Positions 58,446 through 64,000 of a stretch of 64,000 nt of DNA are shown here, in pieces. A program made the position numbers and the translations under genes. Below the pieces are notes generated by a model, which saw nothing but the letters and a program-made list of their open reading frames with translations, was not told where the DNA came from and did no database searches. Origin of the DNA: a virus; IMG/VR virus record IMGVR_UViG_3300045988_046609. One strand, given 5' to 3'. Each line of letters starts with the position of its first letter. Position 1 is the stretch's first letter.

Positions 58446-59051
58446 ATGCAAAAGTATAAATTACATAGAAGTTTAATTACTGTTATATGTGATCAATGCG
58501 GTAAAGAATATCTTAAACCTTTATCTGAGTATAAAAGAAATAAAGAATTAGGACGTCATAGTTTTTGTTCTAGATCTTGTTCTTGTAAATATAATTGTGT
58601 TCATTCATCTAATAAAATGCTAGAATATTCTAGATCAGAAAAAAATAAACAACGTTTAAGGTCTCTAAATGAAATAAAACGCTTAAAACGTCCAGAAGCA
58701 GTATTTTCATATTGCCTACGAAACTGTAGAAAACGATATAAGGAGTGTACTATTACATTAGAAGACTTACAAGAACAATGGAATAAACAAAAAGGTATAT
58801 GTCCTTATTCTGGAATATCTTTATTAGTTCCTACATATAAGAAAAATCATAATAATCCAATATATAGTGCATCAGTTGATAGAATTGATAGTACTAAAGG
58901 TTATATTCCTGGTAATATTCAATTTGTATCTACATGCATTAATTATATGAAGAATACTATGTCTGATGAAGAAACAAGGTTTATGTGTAAATGTATTGCA
59001 GAATATTTCTATTCTGAAGGGACTATTTCATCATCTGTCATTACTGCTTAA
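58446..59051 (+). CDS. HNH homing endonuclease (opposite strand to all neighbours)
   Basis: N-terminal Cys clusters (CDQCG...CSRSCSC) and C-terminal CPYSG...SVDRIDSTKGYIPGNIQFVSTCINYMK HNH-type motif. No in-frame TAG. Has its own terminator. Confidence 0.75.
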   Translation: MQKYKLHRSLITVICDQCGKEYLKPLSEYKRNKELGRHSFCSRSCSCKYNCVHSSNKMLEYSRSEKNKQRLRSLNEIKRLKRPEAVFSYCLRNCRKRYKECTITLEDLQEQWNKQKGICPYSGISLLVPTYKKNHNNPIYSASVDRIDSTKGYIPGNIQFVSTCINYMKNTMSDEETRFMCKCIAEYFYSEGTISSSVITA

Positions 59052-59152
59052 GATGTCGGACGCTCTAGCTGGTTATTAAGGAAACTATATTCCTCCAGTA
59101 GTCTCTGCACTTTTATAGAGTGTACTCTATACTTAGCTCAAGATTAGCATGA

Positions 59153-59180
59153 ATAAAGCTAGTTTTGAGCTTTATTTTTA
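59153..59180 (+). terminator. intrinsic terminator after the HNH gene
   Basis: ataaagct / agctttat form an 8-bp stem with loop agttttg, then ttttt. Confidence 0.65.
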
Positions 59181-59731
59181 GCTTTCCTTGAATTCATCCG
59201 ATTATTCAATATACATTTCTGTATAAGGGGTCCGAATTTCACAAACCCTCGTCTTACAACTGATTCATAGACCTAACAGTCAATTGTGACTATGTAGGCG
59301 ACCAAACCTACATAGCCTTTGGTCTTTTAAATTATTTTACTTATAAGTTTTGATAACTGATCATTTATAGACTAGTACAGAAGTATTACTACTCAACATT
59401 TGCTATAATGTTTGCCGATTTGATATCATAAGAATGCTATTTGCATAATATACTCTTTGAGTATAGATTCAATACTATATATTGCGCAATTATTATAATA
59501 CATCCTCACGATCTTAGGCACTTGATCAGTGGCACGTTTTCTAGTCCAACTCCAGTATTGAATAGTTCTCACTATCGTACATTTGTTTGTTTCCTGTCAA
59601 TTCAGGATGAAGCTGCTTATTGTAGATACCGATGTACATGGATCTCACCATTTGCTTTCAATCTTCTTCGGATTCTCTATAGAATTAATATCTCTATTAT
59701 TCAAGTATCTTTCCTGGACCTTGTGTGGCTA

Positions 59732-60196
59732 TTATCTTCCGACGATTGCATCGTCATAACGCCAACTGTATCTTGCTTCCGGATACTGGTTGTCGAGTGC
59801 ATTACAGGTTTCCTCATACCATTTGTCGTTTTCACGCAATGCTTTTACTGCAATGTTTTTGGCTTCTGTTGCCTGTTTCTGGAACTCAGTAGTAGACAGA
59901 GTTGCATTTCCGGATTTGAGATCTTCTACCAGAGCAGTATACTTCTTTAAGTATTCTACTTTGATATTTGCCTCTTTCTTTGTCTTTTTCATAGACAATA
60001 CCATACGCTTGTGCGTATAATCAGCCTTGTTTACAATTGAAATTAACTCTTTCGTTAACTGCTCTTTCTTTGCTTCTGCAACTTTTTTTGCAGCTGCTTC
60101 TGCAATTTCAGCAGTTACTACTGCACCATTTTTGATAACATCCTCGATGTTTTCAGTAGACAGAATATCTGCTACTTTTACTTCTTCTTTTGCCAT
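59732..60196 (-). CDS. hypothetical helical protein
   Basis: 154-aa Lys/Glu/Ala-rich ORF. The overlapping + strand ORF 59441..59950 is treated as a shadow. Confidence 0.6.
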   Translation of the reverse strand: MAKEEVKVADILSTENIEDVIKNGAVVTAEIAEAAAKKVAEAKKEQLTKELISIVNKADYTHKRMVLSMKKTKKEANIKVEYLKKYTALVEDLKSGNATLSTTEFQKQATEAKNIAVKALRENDKWYEETCNALDNQYPEARYSWRYDDAIVGR

Positions 60197-60435
60197 TTCT
60201 TGATAATGTTTAAAGATTGATACTATTATTAATTAACACTAAGTTTTAAATTAAAAAAAGAACTGTTCTGCATATTTGTATACCTTATTTTGCAGATAAC
60301 CCCTATCCTTCTTCTATCCTATTAGGATTGCCGTTGTATAGCCATTGTACTCTAGTTCTTACGAACTTCCATTAGGGTTCTGGTATATTTACAGTTCTTT
60401 TGGGTTGATTAGAATCCACCATACTAACAATTTAA

Positions 60436-60618
60436 TTAGTAGTATATAACAGCGGGCAGAGGCTCTGGCGGAACCTCTTGCTTGTTATTCGTTGTCATTC
60501 TGAGTTTACACTCAAGATCACATTCACTACAGTTGATAATATTATCTTGTGTAGGACATTCGTTAGAAATCGAATTTGAAGTTTTCATGATCATCTCGAC
60601 CAAATAAGTGTTTGACAA
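60436..60618 (-). CDS. small Cys-containing ORF overlapping the 3' end of the VR2 gene
   Basis: 60 aa (alternative ATGs at 60594 and 60588). Contains C-x9-C-x2-C-x3-C. Confidence 0.3.
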   Translation of the reverse strand: MSNTYLVEMIMKTSNSISNECPTQDNIINCSECDLECKLRMTTNNKQEVPPEPLPAVIYY

Positions 60619-60970
60619 TCATAGGCTTACATATTCTTACAAATTCTTTTGCTGTATCTTTGTCTTTGAATTCCAAAGAAGTACCGACATAGGCAAAAGC
60701 AGCGCCAAGCGCACTGCTAGAATCCAAACGGAGCAAACCGGAAGGTTTTCTGTTATCTGTACAATTCCAACCCCATACGTAATATCTTACCTCTCTTGGA
60801 TCCATTGTTGTAGGTTTCCAGCCTTCATTTAAAGCTTTTGCAATGGTTTCTAACTTGATGAAATTCCTAGTTTCATCTGTTAATTTGTAGCTTTTATAAT
60901 TAGCTACAGGACGAAGACCTAGTATTTTACATGCGTCTTCATAAGGTTTTTCTTTACTTAATTTAATCAT
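60563..60970 (-). CDS. DGR variable (target) protein 2, 135 aa
   Basis: Residues ...NRKPSGLLRLDSSSALGAAFAYVGTSL... parallel ...GALSGLLRLNSRNALDSAYASVGTRL... of target 1. The DNA matches the TR except at adenines. ATG overlaps the upstream stop (atga). Confidence 0.8.
   Translation of the reverse strand: MIKLSKEKPYEDACKILGLRPVANYKSYKLTDETRNFIKLETIAKALNEGWKPTTMDPREVRYYVWGWNCTDNRKPSGLLRLDSSSALGAAFAYVGTSLEFKDKDTAKEFVRICKPMIVKHLFGRDDHENFKFDF
60663..60679 (-). promoter_or_regulatory. inverted repeat immediately 3' of VR2
   Basis: tctttg-aattc-caaaga forms a 6-bp stem starting at the base after the last TR-aligned position. Confidence 0.45.
60680..60745 (-). repeat. DGR variable region VR2 (remote, opposite strand)
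   Basis: The reverse complement aligns ungapped to TR 3481-3546: 66 positions, 18 differences, all at TR adenines; 5 TR adenines unchanged; no other mismatch. Same codon register as VR1. Confidence 0.85.
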
Positions 60971-61065
60971 GCCTTTTTGCGATTATAAGGTTCCATTTTC
61001 TTATGCTTAGGACGTTTTTTATATTCCGTCTTAGTTTTTACTTCTTTCTCCTTATCTTTTCCCAT
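60967..61065 (-). CDS. 32-aa highly basic micro-ORF coupled to the VR2 gene
   Basis: MGKDKEKEVKTKTEYKKRPKHKKMEPYNRKKA. Starts 1 nt after the upstream stop, and its TGA overlaps the VR2-gene ATG. Confidence 0.35.
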   Translation of the reverse strand: MGKDKEKEVKTKTEYKKRPKHKKMEPYNRKKA

Positions 61066-61066
61066 A

Positions 61067-61552
61067 TTAAACAAGTTCTACTACGTCGTTGATTTCTTTT
61101 ATATACTTACCTATATTCTCTAGATGAAAATCTTTTAGAACATTTATTACAACTGATTTGTTAGTTTTTACTCCTACTCCTTTTACTAAGTAAGTTATGA
61201 CTTCTTTATGATCAGTTCTAAACGTACTGTCATTTACAAAATACTTGATAAACTCAAGTTTAAAGTCTTCAACAGTATGAAACAATATTGGATCTCCAAC
61301 TGTTTCATGTATCTTATTACAGAAGGATATCAATTTGTTTTTAAATGTATTTACGCCTTTAAATGTGTTATCATCTATATTAGGCATCATTAACTTAAGT
61401 AAATCAGTTTCATCGTATGTCTCTACATTAAGAGCATTTGCTCCTTCAGCATCTGTATTAGTACACACAGTAGATATGATATCTTTAATCAAATCTTCTT
61501 CATGTTTATTACTTCGGTAATTACCGTTGATTAAAATTAATACTGCTTTCAT
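61067..61552 (-). CDS. hypothetical protein
   Basis: 161-aa ORF. Confidence 0.6.
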   Translation of the reverse strand: MKAVLILINGNYRSNKHEEDLIKDIISTVCTNTDAEGANALNVETYDETDLLKLMMPNIDDNTFKGVNTFKNKLISFCNKIHETVGDPILFHTVEDFKLEFIKYFVNDSTFRTDHKEVITYLVKGVGVKTNKSVVINVLKDFHLENIGKYIKEINDVVELV

Positions 61553-61554
61553 AA

Positions 61555-61800
61555 TTATTGATTAATTATTGTTATTTCTATCTCATATTCATCTAACTGA
61601 TTTTTAATTTCATCAGTAGATAATTCTGAGTTAATTTCAAAGTGTGGATTTAACTCCACTGTTACACCTGGTTTGCTTCTAGCTATAGGTTTAGCTATGC
61701 TTATAGGCATTCCTAGTATGCTTTTTAATCCTAATAGGATTGCCAGAAATTGGTCACTATGCTGTGTTACAGAAGTGACATACCTCTTGTTTTTATTCAT
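61555..61800 (-). CDS. hypothetical protein
   Basis: 81-aa ORF. Confidence 0.5.
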   Translation of the reverse strand: MNKNKRYVTSVTQHSDQFLAILLGLKSILGMPISIAKPIARSKPGVTVELNPHFEINSELSTDEIKNQLDEYEIEITIINQ

Positions 61801-62296
61801 TTTACATAGGCTTTAAATTGTTAGTTAATAAAATTGATGACGTTACTCTAGGGTATTCTAGAGTAAGAAACACATCTGTTAACGAATGATTCAAGTTATA
61901 ATACCATAACTTTGAGACTAATACTAAAATGATTTCAAATGCACTTAACGCTTTGTGTTAATAAAGAAAATCAAATTTTAACATTACTTGTTAGAGTTTT
62001 ATTCTATGACTCTCATATGTTTTAGGATTACTCCAGAGTACATACAGAAATAGCTGTCAAACTAAATCTTAGAACTCACCTGATTTTTACGTCCGCACGA
62101 TCGTAAGCACAAATACGAGTATTTCTATACTTATCTTATCGTATTTAGTACAGTATAGATATGCACTTACTTACGCCCCACAGGCTTGTCATCTTCTGAA
62201 GACTAACCTATTCTCACGAACCAGTTAGCTATAAATTCACATTTAACTATTAATCTTAATAAATCTTTGTTAAATACTACTATGCATATACTTTCT

Positions 62297-62746
62297 CTAA
62301 CGCTTTAGAGAATCACGAGGATTCTTCACAGAATCTGTTGGGGTAATTATATCACGTTGAATAACTGCGCCTTTAAGTATATCTTTAAAATGAGATTTGT
62401 TTGATTCATATATGGTAACTATGTCTCTATTAGACAATGATGTACCATGAGTCATCAAAATATCAATTAAGATTGCATCTGGCATTGCTAAAAATATACT
62501 ATCAATGCGCATTCCCTCTTTTACGTCTTCTCTAAATTTGAGAACTTCCTGTATAGTTAATACAGGTTCTACTGCTTTCACAGTATCAATGCAAACTGAT
62601 TCGTCTTCTGACGTAACAATTTTAGCAATAGGTTCATGACACATAAACACTATTACTCCAGTAGCGATTACAGCTGCAATAGCTACTAATAACCACCAAA
62701 ATCCCTTTGATGATTTTCTTAATACTGGATATTGATTATCTTCCAT
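62297..62746 (-). CDS. single-TM hypothetical protein (TAG stop)
   Basis: 149 aa with TM FWWLLVAIAAVIATGVIVFM. TAG stop with TAA 9 codons later. Confidence 0.6.
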   Translation of the reverse strand: MEDNQYPVLRKSSKGFWWLLVAIAAVIATGVIVFMCHEPIAKIVTSEDESVCIDTVKAVEPVLTIQEVLKFREDVKEGMRIDSIFLAMPDAILIDILMTHGTSLSNRDIVTIYESNKSHFKDILKGAVIQRDIITPTDSVKNPRDSLKR

Positions 62747-62932
62747 TTAACCCTCCGTTTCTTCGTACAATGATTGAACAACTTGGATACTTTCAGTTAC
62801 TACAAATATTCTGTCTGAAGAACCTATTTCGGTATTTCCGTCACATACTTCTGCATAACAGAATCCGTCACTAGCAATGAGAATTTCTTCTCCTGTCTCT
62901 TTGTCATGTACAATAAAACTTTTCTTTTTCAT
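62747..62932 (-). CDS. hypothetical protein
   Basis: 61-aa ORF abutting the next gene. Confidence 0.45.
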   Translation of the reverse strand: MKKKSFIVHDKETGEEILIASDGFCYAEVCDGNTEIGSSDRIFVVTESIQVVQSLYEETEG

Positions 62933-62958
62933 TTTGATAATGTTTTAATAGTTAATAA

Positions 62959-63258
62959 TTATTTAATAGTATCACCAACAAAGTATACATTCATATATAA
63001 GTAATCTGTAACGTATACTTTATATTCTTGATCAGTAATTGGATTTACTAAACGAAATACATAATCAGTTTCACTTTCTTGAAATTTATCTGAGACTATA
63101 TAACGTTTATACCGCATTTGCAAATCCACAAAGTTATATGGATCTTTAGGAACATATTCTTTAAACATATAACAAATAATTATAATAGTTATAGATACTA
63201 TTAATAATTTACTTATTCTGTTAAGAATATCAAAGTGACTTTTTACGCGTACTACCAT
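62959..63258 (-). CDS. hypothetical membrane-anchored protein
   Basis: 99-aa ORF with a hydrophobic N-terminal segment. Confidence 0.5.
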   Translation of the reverse strand: MVVRVKSHFDILNRISKLLIVSITIIIICYMFKEYVPKDPYNFVDLQMRYKRYIVSDKFQESETDYVFRLVNPITDQEYKVYVTDYLYMNVYFVGDTIK

Positions 63259-63336
63259 ATTATTTATTTATTTCTTTCCATAACATAATACATTCATACA
63301 CTACAACTACTACTACTACAATAGTAGCTGCAATAG

Positions 63337-63618
63337 TTATTGTTGCGAACCACATTTATCACAGATTTCATTATAGATATCTTCCCAGAATTTAAAACCT
63401 TCTTTAGTATACATCCAAGGAAATGAGCATATTAGTATTCTACTTATTGGTCTAATACTAAATAACCTAATCGCATTATCATTATAATTTGTAGTAATTT
63501 CTCTCTTAATAATTAAGTTAGAGATATAAGAGGATAATGCATTATTTCTAATTAATGTAATTAATAGTAAATAAGGCATATTGACCACAATAAGATGTCT
63601 TTTACTGTTTTTCTTCAT
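63337..63618 (-). CDS. hypothetical protein
   Basis: 93-aa ORF. Confidence 0.5.
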   Translation of the reverse strand: MKKNSKRHLIVVNMPYLLLITLIRNNALSSYISNLIIKREITTNYNDNAIRLFSIRPISRILICSFPWMYTKEGFKFWEDIYNEICDKCGSQQ

Positions 63619-64000
63619 ATATACTTTGATTATTGATTAATACTCTTAAATAATTTAAATACATTAGCTTCACATGCAAACTAGGAAGGTTTGTTTTTTA
63701 ACATGTTACTAGACTCTATCACCACGATGAGGTTGTATTTATTGATAGAGAATACTACTACAATACCTTATTAGTATTAGGTTTTACATGTAGTAGTTAG
63801 ATACGTGACATCGTATATAATATTTTAATTAGTAATCAAATAAAATAAAGTAAGCGCATTAATATAATAACTAGGTATATAAAGATATATTAGATATCTC
63901 ATTTGAAAAAGTTATTATAAGCTATGCTAAGAGCTATCTTGGAGATCTCGTTTTCTCTTACTTTGGTTGCATTAAAGTTAGCAGTCTTTCTAAACTGCTA

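Noticed and set aside
59441-59950. A 169-aa + strand ORF.
   Set aside because: Cys/Phe/Leu/Ile-rich, low-complexity translation that overlaps the well-formed - strand gene 59732..60196. The rest lies in the ORF-free region, so it is probably spurious.

Overview
This window looks like part of a crAss-like (Crassvirales-type) podophage genome. That is inferred from gene content, since no searches were possible. Two gene blocks converge on a bidirectional hairpin terminator at ~37.71-37.73 kb. The + strand block (1-37703) holds late, virion and lysis genes and is only intact if TAG is read as a sense codon, most likely Gln. Under that reading it yields a collagen-like tail fibre, a complete diversity-generating retroelement (DGR: variable protein, VR, TR, reverse transcriptase), a holin, a GIY-YIG homing endonuclease, a 1390-codon tail protein, a 4461-codon ORF with a DFDID motif (virion RNA polymerase polyprotein) and a 1568-codon ORF. 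The - strand block (37756-63618) reads in the standard code. It encodes a nuclease, phosphoesterase, AAA ATPase, endonuclease-I-like resolvase, primase, SSB, ATPase, DnaB-like helicase, family B DNA polymerase, an ECF-type sigma factor and many small ORFs. Main findings: (1) a second DGR variable region 57 kb from the template repeat, on the opposite strand, inside a 135-aa ORF of the - strand block; (2) four tRNA-like elements lacking normal anticodon arms, each just upstream of a gene start; (3) a ~1.9 kb ORF-free, hairpin-rich block and a 1.7 kb ORF-free block holding only an antisense HNH endonuclease gene; (4) a resolvase gene in the standard-code block that needs TAG read-through at codon 3; (5) three +1 frame junctions at A-runs in late genes. 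No rRNA, CRISPR array, integrase or CUA-anticodon suppressor tRNA was seen.
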